Assembly (NCBI GenBank): GCA_051746325.1 | Contig: JBNJEY010000001.1 | Coordinates: 1-47,437 of the forward strand | Direction of reading: 5' to 3' | Source: Pseudomonadota bacterium | Lineage (GTDB): Bacteria; Pseudomonadota; Gammaproteobacteria; Thiomicrospirales; Thiomicrospiraceae | DNA: 47,437 nt | Shown: piece after piece, positions 9,196-17,300 of the stretch | Numbering within the stretch: the first letter of the stretch is position 1 | Layout: each line of letters opens with the position of its first letter | Notes under the pieces: model-generated | Seen by the model: only the letters and a program-made list of their open reading frames with translations | The model's database searches: none | What the model was told of the DNA's origin: nothing | Program-made: the position numbers and the translations under genes

Positions 9196-9993
9196 ATGGG
9201 TGCGACACCAACCATCTTAAAGAAAATCATTTTACGTAAGCTTGAAGAGATTGAGGATGGCTGTGACAAAATCCCACTACGTGAAATGAAGAGGCGCGCT
9301 CTACTAGCACCAGAAACCAAAAGTTTTGTCGGTGCCATGCAAGCCAAGCTGGATGCAGGACAATCGGCGGTGATTGCCGAGATTAAAAAGGCTTCGCCCA
9401 GTAAAGGTGTTTTACGTGAACCGTTTGACCCCGTTGAAATCGCCAAGAGCTTTGCTACCAACGGTGCGGCCTGTTTGTCCGTTTTAACGGATAAAGACTT
9501 CTTTCAAGGCTCAAATGAGTACCTCCAACAGGTCCGTGAAGCGGTCGATCTACCGATTATTCGTAAAGATTTTATTGTTGATGATTACCAGGTTTACGAA
9601 GCGCGTGCGATAGGGGCCGATTGTATCCTCTTAATTGCTGCCGCGATTGGCGATGCCCAGATGTCCGAATTGACGCAAGTGGCCTTGACGTTGGATATGG
9701 ATGTCTTAATCGAAGTACATAATAAAGAAGAGTTGGAGCGTGCTTTACGTCTGCCACTGCCAATGATAGGTATTAATAACCGCGATTTGCACACATTCGA
9801 AGTCTCATTAGACACCACTATTGAGATGTTAGAGATGATTCCAGAAGATCGTATTGTCATCACTGAAAGTGGTATTTCAACCAAAGGCGATATTGCCAGA
9901 ATGCGTGCTTGCCATGTGGATGCCTTCCTGGTGGGGGAGGTCTTTATGTGCGCTGAAAATCCAGGCGAAAAGCTTGCAGAACTATTCAGTTAA
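9196..9993 (+). CDS. trpC: Indole-3-glycerol-phosphate synthase
   Basis: IAEIKKASPSKG, LSVLTD, RKDF, GINNRDL and ESGI motifs. Confidence 0.98.
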   Translation: MGATPTILKKIILRKLEEIEDGCDKIPLREMKRRALLAPETKSFVGAMQAKLDAGQSAVIAEIKKASPSKGVLREPFDPVEIAKSFATNGAACLSVLTDKDFFQGSNEYLQQVREAVDLPIIRKDFIVDDYQVYEARAIGADCILLIAAAIGDAQMSELTQVALTLDMDVLIEVHNKEELERALRLPLPMIGINNRDLHTFEVSLDTTIEMLEMIPEDRIVITESGISTKGDIARMRACHVDAFLVGEVFMCAENPGEKLAELFS

Positions 9994-10045
9994 ACCACTA
10001 TGTTATGGCGTTTTTTACCGTTACAAAAAAGAGGCTAAAAAACGC

Positions 10046-10077
10046 TTGCAAAACCTCTAAGAAAGAGAATAATACGC
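10046..10077 (+). promoter_or_regulatory. Putative promoter of the speD operon
   Basis: TTGCAA-16-AATAAT followed by ACGC, the same downstream tetramer as both tRNA-operon promoters. Confidence 0.45.
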
Positions 10078-10134
10078 TTCTCCTTTTTCACACAGAAACC
10101 TGTGGCTTGCTTGTCGTAGGAAACAGAAAGAAAA

Positions 10135-10242
10135 ATGGTTAAAACCTCACGTTATCAAACGTGGCTGGGGTTCCTCAAGCTAACCTTGTCTTGTCGAATT
10201 TTGTTAATCATTCATCCGTTTACATCTTTTCGGGTGTTTTAG
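10135..10242 (+). CDS. Possible 35-aa leader uORF upstream of speD
   Basis: ATG..TAG open frame inside the leader; purine-rich upstream region but weak RBS spacing. Confidence 0.2.
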   Translation: MVKTSRYQTWLGFLKLTLSCRILLIIHPFTSFRVF

Positions 10243-10258
10243 TAAGGTACTCATTTCA

Positions 10259-10759
10259 ATGCCTAATTCAGAAAATACACTGGTCACCAGTAATGACCAT
10301 TTCGAAGTGATCGAAAGAACCACAATTATTGACTCCTCCTGGCCGACACATGCTCAATCCGTTGAAGATCAAAATGCCGATCACTTTATTTGTCGTGATG
10401 GTCAAGTTTTTGCCGGTACCCATTTGATTATTGATTTGTGGGGTGCTTCTCAGCTTGATAACCTGCCCCTTATGGAAGCCACATTACGGGAAGCCGTAGA
10501 GAAAGCTAAAGCCACTTTACTTCATATTCACCTACATCACTTTACGCCAAATGGGGGGATCTCTGGAGTGGCGGTTTTAGCAGAATCCCATATCAGTGTG
10601 CACTCTTGGCCAGAACGTAACTATGCAGCATTTGATGTTTTTATGTGTGGTGATGCAGAGCCAGAGAAAGCGATTGAGGTTTTGCAAGCGGCGTTTGCCC
10701 CAACAGCTGTTAATGTAGAGACTATTTTACGTGGTGAAGTTGTAAGCAATGAGCAATAA
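10259..10759 (+). CDS. speD: S-adenosylmethionine decarboxylase proenzyme (short, class 1b type)
   Basis: [10 protein letters not shown] motif; [17 protein letters not shown] carries the ES pyruvoyl self-cleavage site; DVFMCG. Confidence 0.95.
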   Translation: MPNSENTLVTSNDHFEVIERTTIIDSSWPTHAQSVEDQNADHFICRDGQVFAGTHLIIDLWGASQLDNLPLMEATLREAVEKAKATLLHIHLHHFTPNGGISGVAVLAESHISVHSWPERNYAAFDVFMCGDAEPEKAIEVLQAAFAPTAVNVETILRGEVVSNEQ

Positions 10760-11603
10760 AAGCTATTTAGAAACACTTTACCCCTCATGGGGGCAACAGT
10801 TTGTCATAGACGAAGTGTTGTTTGAAGTCAATACGGGCCATCAGCACCTAGTCATTTTTAAAAATGAGCAATGGGGTAATGTGATGGCGCTGGATGGCGT
10901 TATTCAAACGACAGAAAAAGATGAGTTTATTTATCACGAGATGATGACGCATATACCGATGTTCGCGCATGGCCGTGCTAAAAAGGTGTTGATTATCGGT
11001 GGTGGAGATGGCGGGATTCTGCGTGAGGTTTTAAAACACCAATCTGTTGAATCTGTAACACAGGTAGAGATCGACCAGCAGGTGATTGATATGTGCGTCA
11101 AGTATCTCCCCAACCACTCGGCAGGTGCCTACGATAACCCTAAGACGAATATTGTCATTGCCGATGGGGTCGATTTCGTCAATAGCGCGACTGAAAAATT
11201 TGATGTCATTATCTCTGATGCAACTGATCCAGTGGGGCCTGGAGAGGTTCTGTTTACTTCTCGTTTCTATCAGGGTATAAAAAGCTGTTTAAAAAAAAAT
11301 GGTGTTTTTGTAGCCCAAAATGGAGTTTGTTTTTTGCAAACCGATGAGGTGGCCACTACCTTTAAACGTTTATCGCCTCTCTTTAACGACGTAAGCTTTT
11401 ATTCAGCCGCTGTTCCAACCTATGTTGGGGGCATTATGACTTTTGCTTGGGGGACGGATAGCCTAGCATTAAAGAGTGTCGATATTGCGACACTTGAAGC
11501 GCGTTTCGCCCAGGAAAATATCAAAACGCGTTTTTATACCCCTATATTGCACAAGGCAAGTTTTGCACTGCCGCAATATATTTTGGATCTCTTAAACGAA
11601 TGA
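10749..11603 (+). CDS. speE: Spermidine synthase (polyamine aminopropyltransferase)
   Basis: [32 protein letters not shown] and [11 protein letters not shown] motifs. Confidence 0.97.
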   Translation: MSNKSYLETLYPSWGQQFVIDEVLFEVNTGHQHLVIFKNEQWGNVMALDGVIQTTEKDEFIYHEMMTHIPMFAHGRAKKVLIIGGGDGGILREVLKHQSVESVTQVEIDQQVIDMCVKYLPNHSAGAYDNPKTNIVIADGVDFVNSATEKFDVIISDATDPVGPGEVLFTSRFYQGIKSCLKKNGVFVAQNGVCFLQTDEVATTFKRLSPLFNDVSFYSAAVPTYVGGIMTFAWGTDSLALKSVDIATLEARFAQENIKTRFYTPILHKASFALPQYILDLLNE

Positions 11604-12799
11604 ATAAACATATGATTGCAGAGTCTTTTGCAGAACAGTCTCATCCCGATGCACTACAAGAGTTTGATCGTGCAAGTTTAGAAGAGTTGGTGGCTAAACA
11701 TGAAACGCCTTTTATGGTGCTCGATTTAAGTGAAGTCGAGTATCAGTACAAATCTTTACAGGCTGCTTTGCCTGGCGTAAAACTGTTTTATGCTTTAAAA
11801 GCCTTATCGCATCCTGAATTGATTAAACGACTCAAGTCGTTGGGGAGCTCTTTCGATTTAGCGACCATTGGTGAAGTGGAGTTGGTCGAGTCACTCGGGA
11901 TTAAGGGGGATCAATGTATTCATACGCATCCCATTAAAAAAGATAAAGAGATTAAGCGAGCTTTAGAGTTTGGCTGTACTCGTTTTGTAGTCGATAATAT
12001 TGAAGAGTTACAGAAGTTTATTCCTTATGCGGGTCAGGTCGAATTGATTATGCGCGTCAGTTTTCGTAGCCAGCAGGCCGTGGTTGATTTGTCGCGTAAA
12101 TTTGGTTGCGCACTAGAAGAGTTGCCCATTATGGTCGATCTCGCACAAAAAAATGGGATTGAGGTTGTTGGTTTATCTTTCCACGTTGGCTCGCAGTCAT
12201 TATCACCGATGACACAGGTCAATGCGGTTCGTGCCAGTGTGGCGGCCATGAAAGTTATGCACCATGTAAAATGGAAGTTTCTGGATATTGGCGGTAGTTT
12301 TCCGGTTTCTTATCAAGAAGCGGTTTTACCGATCGCCGACTTCTGTGCGCCGGTAATGGAATCGCTAAGTGAGTTGCCAGAAGGTATTGAGATCTTCGCT
12401 GAACCAGGGCGTTTTATTGCAGCGCCTTCTATGATTGAAGTTATTTCTGTTGTAGGTAGGGCTAGACGTGGTGCCAAAGTGTGGTATTACATGGATGATG
12501 GCGTTTATGGAGGATTCAGTGGGCAGATGTTTGATCATGCTGTTTACCCTTTAGCGCCACTTAAGCCTTTTGATGCAACGGGTGAATTTTTCTCGAGTGT
12601 ATTAGCGGGGCCGACTTGTGACAGTATTGATGTGATTTCTGAAGACATTGAGTTACCAGAGATGGAAATTGGTGATATCCTCATAGGTAAGCAAATGGGT
12701 GCTTATACAATTGCTTCTGCGACTGAGTTTAACTTTTATCCAAAACCAAAAGTGATTGTGGTGGAAGATATTTTCGATCCTGAGACAGAAGCGTTTTAA
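11600..12799 (+). CDS. Fold-type III PLP-dependent ornithine (or lysine/ornithine) decarboxylase
   Basis: FYALKA PLP lysine, [28 protein letters not shown] and MGAYT motifs; in operon with speD/speE. Confidence 0.88.
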   Translation: MNKHMIAESFAEQSHPDALQEFDRASLEELVAKHETPFMVLDLSEVEYQYKSLQAALPGVKLFYALKALSHPELIKRLKSLGSSFDLATIGEVELVESLGIKGDQCIHTHPIKKDKEIKRALEFGCTRFVVDNIEELQKFIPYAGQVELIMRVSFRSQQAVVDLSRKFGCALEELPIMVDLAQKNGIEVVGLSFHVGSQSLSPMTQVNAVRASVAAMKVMHHVKWKFLDIGGSFPVSYQEAVLPIADFCAPVMESLSELPEGIEIFAEPGRFIAAPSMIEVISVVGRARRGAKVWYYMDDGVYGGFSGQMFDHAVYPLAPLKPFDATGEFFSSVLAGPTCDSIDVISEDIELPEMEIGDILIGKQMGAYTIASATEFNFYPKPKVIVVEDIFDPETEAF

Positions 12800-12813
12800 T
12801 AAAAGGAAGTAAC

Positions 12814-13230
12814 ATGACAATATTAGTTAAATGGCAAGGTAAAAAAGCCTTTGAAGCAACTTCATCTACCGGGCATAAGGTACTAATGGATGCCTCGCTT
12901 GCTGTGGGTGGAGAAGATAAAGGTCCTCGTCCGATGGAGATGTTACTGATGGGGCTAGGCGGTTGCTCTGGAATTGATGTTGTTATGATGCTTGAGAAGG
13001 GTCAACAAGACATTAAGGATTGCCAAATAGAAGTCACCGCTGAACGTTCTGAAGGGGTGCCTGCAGTTTATACCAAAATTCATCTCCATTTTAAGGTCAC
13101 GGGAACGGACTTGAATGAGAAGAGGGTTGGTCGTGCCGTTGGGCTTTCGGCTGAGAAATATTGTTCGGTTTCAAAAATGTTGGAAAAAACGGCTGAGATG
13201 TCGCATGATTACGAGATTATTCAAGCCTAA
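12814..13230 (+). CDS. OsmC/YhfA-family protein
   Basis: GPRPMEMLLMGLGGCSGIDVV and SAEKYCSV two-cysteine motifs. Confidence 0.92.
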   Translation: MTILVKWQGKKAFEATSSTGHKVLMDASLAVGGEDKGPRPMEMLLMGLGGCSGIDVVMMLEKGQQDIKDCQIEVTAERSEGVPAVYTKIHLHFKVTGTDLNEKRVGRAVGLSAEKYCSVSKMLEKTAEMSHDYEIIQA

Positions 13231-13399
13231 GTCATCTCCCTTGGAGAGCATAGGCATGAGAGGCTTTGACCTTTTATGTTAAAAGTCCTGTTGGTGAAAG
13301 GCAATATCGATTTAAATCAGTTTATTCTCGAACTGAATGGCCGTTCAGGCCTGATCACTTTATTTTTTGATTGCTGGGCAATTAGCCTTAAGTTAATCA

Positions 13400-13786
13400 T
13401 TACGAATCTAGGATTGCTGTGTTCGGGTACTTTAAACTCACGCCATACTCATTTTCGCCTTTCTGACTGTCCATTAAAGTCATAATTAGAATGACCAGTG
13501 AGCCTACCACAGGGATAAGTATCAACAGAATCCACCAGCTACTGCGGCCGATGTCATGTAGTCTTCTTGCGAGTATTGCAATCGTCGGCAGTAGTAACCC
13601 AAAGGTGTAAACGGTGCTAATAAAGCCGGTCATTGTCTCTTGGTCAAATTGCCCTAGATTAATGTCGAGCATCACGGCGATAAAATAAAAGACAATGTAG
13701 AACAGAATGTACATCCAATACTGCTGGCGTGTTGCTCGGCCAGTAAAGGTCACATAGTTTTTAAGTCCCTCTAAAAAATATTTCAC
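13400..13786 (-). CDS. DUF805 (YhaH/YhaI-like) membrane protein
   Basis: YVTFTGRATRQQYW, RRLHDIGRS and GENEYG motifs. Confidence 0.92.
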   Translation of the reverse strand: MKYFLEGLKNYVTFTGRATRQQYWMYILFYIVFYFIAVMLDINLGQFDQETMTGFISTVYTFGLLLPTIAILARRLHDIGRSSWWILLILIPVVGSLVILIMTLMDSQKGENEYGVSLKYPNTAILDS

Positions 13787-13813
13787 GCTCTGGCTCCCTT
13801 ATTCTAGCTGTTT

Positions 13814-15127
13814 TTAGTGCGCGTTATCGAGCGCAGTTTGAATCGCTTTGACCATACCATCTGTCAAAAATGTAAGTTGTGCCGACGAGATATTAAAAGC
13901 AGGCATGGTATAGATAAGTTTACCAAACGGTCTGAGCCAAATACCATTTTTGATAGCGTTGGCTTGTATCATCGCGCCTAAATCTTCACGTTTCAATTCA
14001 ATCACGCCAATGGCCCCCAATACACGTGCATCGGCTACGCCTTCGTGGGCTTTAAGCGGTAAAAGTGCGGCTTGCAACTGCTTCTCAATCCGCTGAACAT
14101 TTTGCTGCCAAGGTGAGTCTAATAATAGATCAATACTCGCAATCGCGGTCGCACAAGCTAAAGGGTTGGCCATAAATGTGGGGCCGTGCATCAATAGACC
14201 TGGATTGCCATTGCCAATCATTTCGCTAACTTCTTCGGTGCAAAGCGTTGCCGCTAAAGTCATATAACCGCCAGTCAAGGCTTTACCAATGCACATGATA
14301 TCGGGGGTAATATCCGCCCATTCACTCGCGAAGAGCTTGCCTGTTCGGCCAAAGCCAGTTGCGATCTCATCAATAATTAAGAGGACATTGTATTTTGTGC
14401 ATAAGGCTCTGATTTGTTTGAGGTAGTCAGGGCGATAAAAACGCATACCGCCTGCACCTTGAACTATCGGTTCAATCGCGACGGCTGCAACGGTTGTGTG
14501 CTGTGCTTCCAGCAGGGTTTTAAACGCTTGAATATCCGCGTTGTCAGATTCTATGTCAAACCCCATCTCAGGCATAGGGGCGAATAAATGGTGGGCAATA
14601 TTGTGGCTAAAGATGTGATGCATACCATTATCAGGATCACAAATCGCCATGGTGGCAAAGGTATCACCGTGGTAGCCATTTTTAACCGTTAATAACCGAT
14701 TCTTTTCAGGCTTATTGTTACTGATGCAGAATTGCAGAGCCATTTTAATGGCGACTTCCATGGCAACCGAACCTGAATCTGAGAAAAACAGTTTGACCAG
14801 GCCTGGTGGGGTGAGTTTGATTACTCTTTTGGCAAGCTCAATAGCGGGTTGATGGGTTAATCCACCAAACATAATATGAGGCATAATTTCAATCTGGTCA
14901 TGCATGGCTTGTTTAATAATAGGATGGTTGTAGCCGTGGATTGTTGCCCACCAGGAGGACATTCCATCAATCACGTCACGACCATCTGCCAGAGTAATCA
15001 CTGAGCCTTGTGTTTTCGATACGCCAATCGCAGGGTTCGGATTGGGGATTTTGGCATAGGGATGCCAAATATGTTGTTGGTCAAATGCCAAAAGGTTGTC
15101 CCAGTGGTTTGCTTTGATTGGATTCAT
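13814..15127 (-). CDS. bioA: Adenosylmethionine-8-amino-7-oxononanoate aminotransferase
   Basis: HIWHPY, DGMSSWW, DSGSVAMEVAIK, YHGDT, DEIATGFGRTG, GKALTGG and HGPTFMANP motifs. Confidence 0.98.
   Translation of the reverse strand: MNPIKANHWDNLLAFDQQHIWHPYAKIPNPNPAIGVSKTQGSVITLADGRDVIDGMSSWWATIHGYNHPIIKQAMHDQIEIMPHIMFGGLTHQPAIELAKRVIKLTPPGLVKLFFSDSGSVAMEVAIKMALQFCISNNKPEKNRLLTVKNGYHGDTFATMAICDPDNGMHHIFSHNIAHHLFAPMPEMGFDIESDNADIQAFKTLLEAQHTTVAAVAIEPIVQGAGGMRFYRPDYLKQIRALCTKYNVLLIIDEIATGFGRTGKLFASEWADITPDIMCIGKALTGGYMTLAATLCTEEVSEMIGNGNPGLLMHGPTFMANPLACATAIASIDLLLDSPWQQNVQRIEKQLQAALLPLKAHEGVADARVLGAIGVIELKREDLGAMIQANAIKNGIWLRPFGKLIYTMPAFNISSAQLTFLTDGMVKAIQTALDNAH
14796..14807. repeat. Perfect palindrome ACCAGGCCTGGT inside bioA
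   Basis: Direct reading; falls in the codons for PPGLV. Confidence 0.8.
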
Positions 15128-15189
15128 AGTTTTAAGTAGTGTCTTTTATGTGGTTGTGTGGTGGTGATATTTGCAATTGAGGTTATCTT

Positions 15190-15201
15190 ACCAGGCCTGG
15201 T
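15190..15201. repeat. Perfect palindrome ACCAGGCCTGGT upstream of bioA
   Basis: Direct reading; GC-rich island in an AT-rich spacer. Confidence 0.85.
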
Positions 15202-15413
15202 CGATTTATAGTGTTGGTTATAGAGTTAGCTGAGTGAGAGTCTATTTAAAAGACGCTTCTAGTGATGCCTTAATTATAAATAGTGTGGTCAAAAGAGATT
15301 TTTAACTTTTTCCACTTCGGCATGGCTCAATGAGAGACGCGTTAAATCTAAGCACTATTTTAAAGTTGCATTATAGAAGATGCAAACAAAACTAAAAGAG
15401 TGTAAAGAATTGC

Positions 15414-15445
15414 TTGTATTCGGGAGAAAGGTTGCTAGAATACGC
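15414..15445 (+). promoter_or_regulatory. Putative upstream promoter (P1) of the tRNA-tuf operon
   Basis: TTGTAT-16-TAGAAT, TG extension, ACGC discriminator. Confidence 0.6.
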
Positions 15446-15494
15446 AAATAGTTTCTGGCAGGGGTTTCTTAAACCAGGCAGTTGTTAATGTTTA

Positions 15495-15504
15495 CGCTCT
15501 TTAA
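15495..15504 (+). promoter_or_regulatory. boxA-like antitermination sequence
   Basis: CGCTCTTTAA matches the GYTCTTTAA core of NusB/NusE boxA. Confidence 0.35.
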
Positions 15505-15558
15505 GTTAACTCTGACAATAAGTAAATACTGATTTTATTAAAATTATGTAAAATGTTG

Positions 15559-15590
15559 TTGACAGTTTGTAAAACTTCTATAGAATACGC
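15559..15590 (+). promoter_or_regulatory. Promoter (P2) of the tRNA-tuf operon
   Basis: TTGACA-16-TAGAAT-ACGC immediately before tRNA-Tyr. Confidence 0.8.
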
Positions 15591-15601
15591 ACACACAATT
15601 T

Positions 15602-15686
15602 GGAGGGTTTCCCGAGTGGCCAAAGGGGGCAGACTGTAAATCTGCTGGCTCAGCCTTCGGAGGTTCGAATCCTCCACCCTCCACCA
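15602..15686 (+). tRNA. tRNA-Tyr(GTA)
   Basis: GGAGGGT/ACCCTCC acceptor stem, CTGTAAA anticodon loop, long variable arm, GTTCGAATC, encoded CCA. Confidence 0.97.
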
Positions 15687-15690
15687 TATT

Positions 15691-15765
15691 GCGGGTATCG
15701 TATATTGGTTATTACCTCGGCCTTCCAAGCCGATGAGAGGAGTTCGATTCTCCTTACCCGCTCCA
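15691..15765 (+). tRNA. tRNA-Gly(TCC)
   Basis: GCGGGTA/TACCCGC acceptor stem, CTTCCAA loop, GTTCGATTC, TCCA end. Confidence 0.97.
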
Positions 15766-15771
15766 TATTTC

Positions 15772-15823
15772 AAAGGCTCTCTTTGTTAGTTTGTTAATTC
15801 AGATTGATAGGGAGGGCCTTTTT
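15772..15823 (+). other. Long hairpin with T-run between tRNA-Gly and tRNA-Thr
   Basis: AAAGGCTCTCTTTGTTAGTTT pairs with AGATTGATAGGGAGGGCCTTT, including G-U pairs. Confidence 0.6.
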
Positions 15824-15828
15824 AATTT

Positions 15829-15904
15829 GCTCTTATAGCTCAGTCGGTAGAGCGCATCCATGGTAAGGATGAGGTCATCGGTTCGATTCCGATTAAGAGC
15901 TCCA
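15829..15904 (+). tRNA. tRNA-Thr(GGT)
   Basis: GCTCTTA/TAAGAGC acceptor stem, CATCC-ATGGTAA-GGATG anticodon arm, GTTCGATTC, CCA. Confidence 0.96.
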
Positions 15905-15968
15905 AATTTTAGAAATTAATTTGCACCGAACTGTATCAACAGTCGCTGCTACTATAGGAGATTACATC

Positions 15969-17159
15969 ATGGCAAAAGCTAAGTTTTCACGCGATAAACT
16001 TCACGTAAACGTTGGTACTATTGGTCACGTCGATCACGGTAAGACAACTCTTACAGCAGCACTGACAATTGTACAAGGTAGAAAGTACGGTGGAGATGTT
16101 AAAGATTTCGCATCTATCGATAACGCACCAGAAGAAAGAGCGCGTGGTATTACTATCTCGACTTCTCACGTTGAGTATGAGTCTGAGACTCGTCACTATG
16201 CACACGTAGATTGCCCAGGTCACGCCGATTATGTTAAAAACATGATTACAGGTGCCGCACAGATGGATGGCGCAATCCTAGTCTGTTCAGCTGCTGACGG
16301 CCCAATGCCTCAGACACGTGAGCACATTCTACTTTCACGTCAGGTCGGTGTTCCATATATCGTTGTTTTCCTAAACAAAGCCGATATGGTTGATGATGAA
16401 GAGTTACTAGAGCTAGTTGAGATGGAAGTTCGCGAACTTCTTGATATGTACGAATTCCCAGGTGACGACACTCCAGTCATTATCGGTTCAGCGACATTGG
16501 CCATTGCTGATGACCAGTCTGAAATCGGTGCACCTTCAGTAGAGCGTTTAGTCGATGCTTTAGATTCATATATTCCAGATCCAGTTCGTGAGACGGACAA
16601 GCCATTCCTAATGCCAGTAGAAGATATCTTCTCAATTCAAGGTCGTGGAACGGTAGCAACAGGACGTATCGAGTCGGGTGTTGTTAAAGTTGGTGAAGTG
16701 ATTCAAATTATCGGTATCCGCCCAACCACTGAAACAACAGTGACTGGTGTAGAGATGTTCCGTAAGCTTCTTGATCAAGGTCAAGCTGGTGATAACGTTG
16801 GTATCCTTTTACGTGGTACTAAGCGTGAAGATATCGAGCGTGGTCAAGTATTGGCACATAAAGGTACAATCACTCCGCACTCTAAGTTCGAGGCAGAGAT
16901 CTATGTACTTTCCAAAGATGAAGGTGGACGTCATACTCCATTCTTCCAAGGTTACCGTCCACAGTTCTACTTCCGTACAACGGATGTGACTGGCGCGTGT
17001 ACCTTGCCAGAAGGCACAGAGATGGTTATGCCAGGTGATAACGTACAAATGACAGTAGAGTTAATTAATCCAATCGCAATGAATGACGGACTTCGTTTTG
17101 CCATTCGTGAAGGTGGACGTACTGTTGGTGCAGGTGTTGTAGCAAGAATTCTTGACTAA
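15969..17159 (+). CDS. tuf: Elongation factor Tu (tRNA-linked copy)
   Basis: [16 protein letters not shown] and NKAD motifs; ATG 15969 has a GGAG RBS, so the longer TTG start is rejected. Confidence 0.99.
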   Translation: MAKAKFSRDKLHVNVGTIGHVDHGKTTLTAALTIVQGRKYGGDVKDFASIDNAPEERARGITISTSHVEYESETRHYAHVDCPGHADYVKNMITGAAQMDGAILVCSAADGPMPQTREHILLSRQVGVPYIVVFLNKADMVDDEELLELVEMEVRELLDMYEFPGDDTPVIIGSATLAIADDQSEIGAPSVERLVDALDSYIPDPVRETDKPFLMPVEDIFSIQGRGTVATGRIESGVVKVGEVIQIIGIRPTTETTVTGVEMFRKLLDQGQAGDNVGILLRGTKREDIERGQVLAHKGTITPHSKFEAEIYVLSKDEGGRHTPFFQGYRPQFYFRTTDVTGACTLPEGTEMVMPGDNVQMTVELINPIAMNDGLRFAIREGGRTVGAGVVARILD

Positions 17160-17166
17160 ATAACGC

Positions 17167-17205
17167 TTGTAACACTGGAAAAGGGGATGTATAATCCCTT
17201 TTTTT
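17167..17205 (+). promoter_or_regulatory. Terminator hairpin after tuf overlapping the promoter of tRNA-Trp/secE
   Basis: TTGTAA-17-TATAAT; AAAAGGGGAT/ATCCCTTTTT inverted repeat with T-run. Confidence 0.65.
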
Positions 17206-17218
17206 GGTGACACATTCC

Positions 17219-17295
17219 AGGGGTATAGCTCCAATTGGTAGAGCACCGGATTCCAAATCCGGGTGTTGGGAGTTCGAGTCTCTCTACCCCTGCCA
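17219..17295 (+). tRNA. tRNA-Trp(CCA)
   Basis: AGGGGTA/TACCCCT acceptor stem, CCGGA-TTCCAAA-TCCGG arm, GTTCGAGTC, GCCA end; usual position before secE. Confidence 0.97.
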
Positions 17296-17300
17296 TATTC

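Noticed and set aside
9096-9461. 121-aa minus-strand ORF
   Set aside because: Antisense shadow of trpC
13345-13354. TCAGGCCTGA as another copy of the 12-bp palindrome
   Set aside because: Shares only the 8-bp CAGGCCTG core (3 mismatches over 12); could be a decayed copy but is not distinguishable from chance
13276-13485. 69-aa plus-strand ORF after the OsmC gene
   Set aside because: Overlaps the convergent DUF805 gene and has no recognisable features
15128-15413. BirA operator or hidden small gene upstream of bioA
   Set aside because: No TGTAAAC-N-GTTTACA dyad and no convincing ORF; AT-rich divergent promoter/UP region
15501-15797. Short ORFs on both strands (90 aa, 65 aa)
   Set aside because: They overlap tRNA-Tyr and tRNA-Gly; spurious
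15921-15968. N-terminally extended EF-Tu (and similar extensions for secE, nusG, rplA, rplJ, rpsG, fusA, rplD, rpmD, rpsK and the PsiE gene)
   Set aside because: Longest-ORF artefacts; downstream starts match the known N-termini and mostly have RBSs
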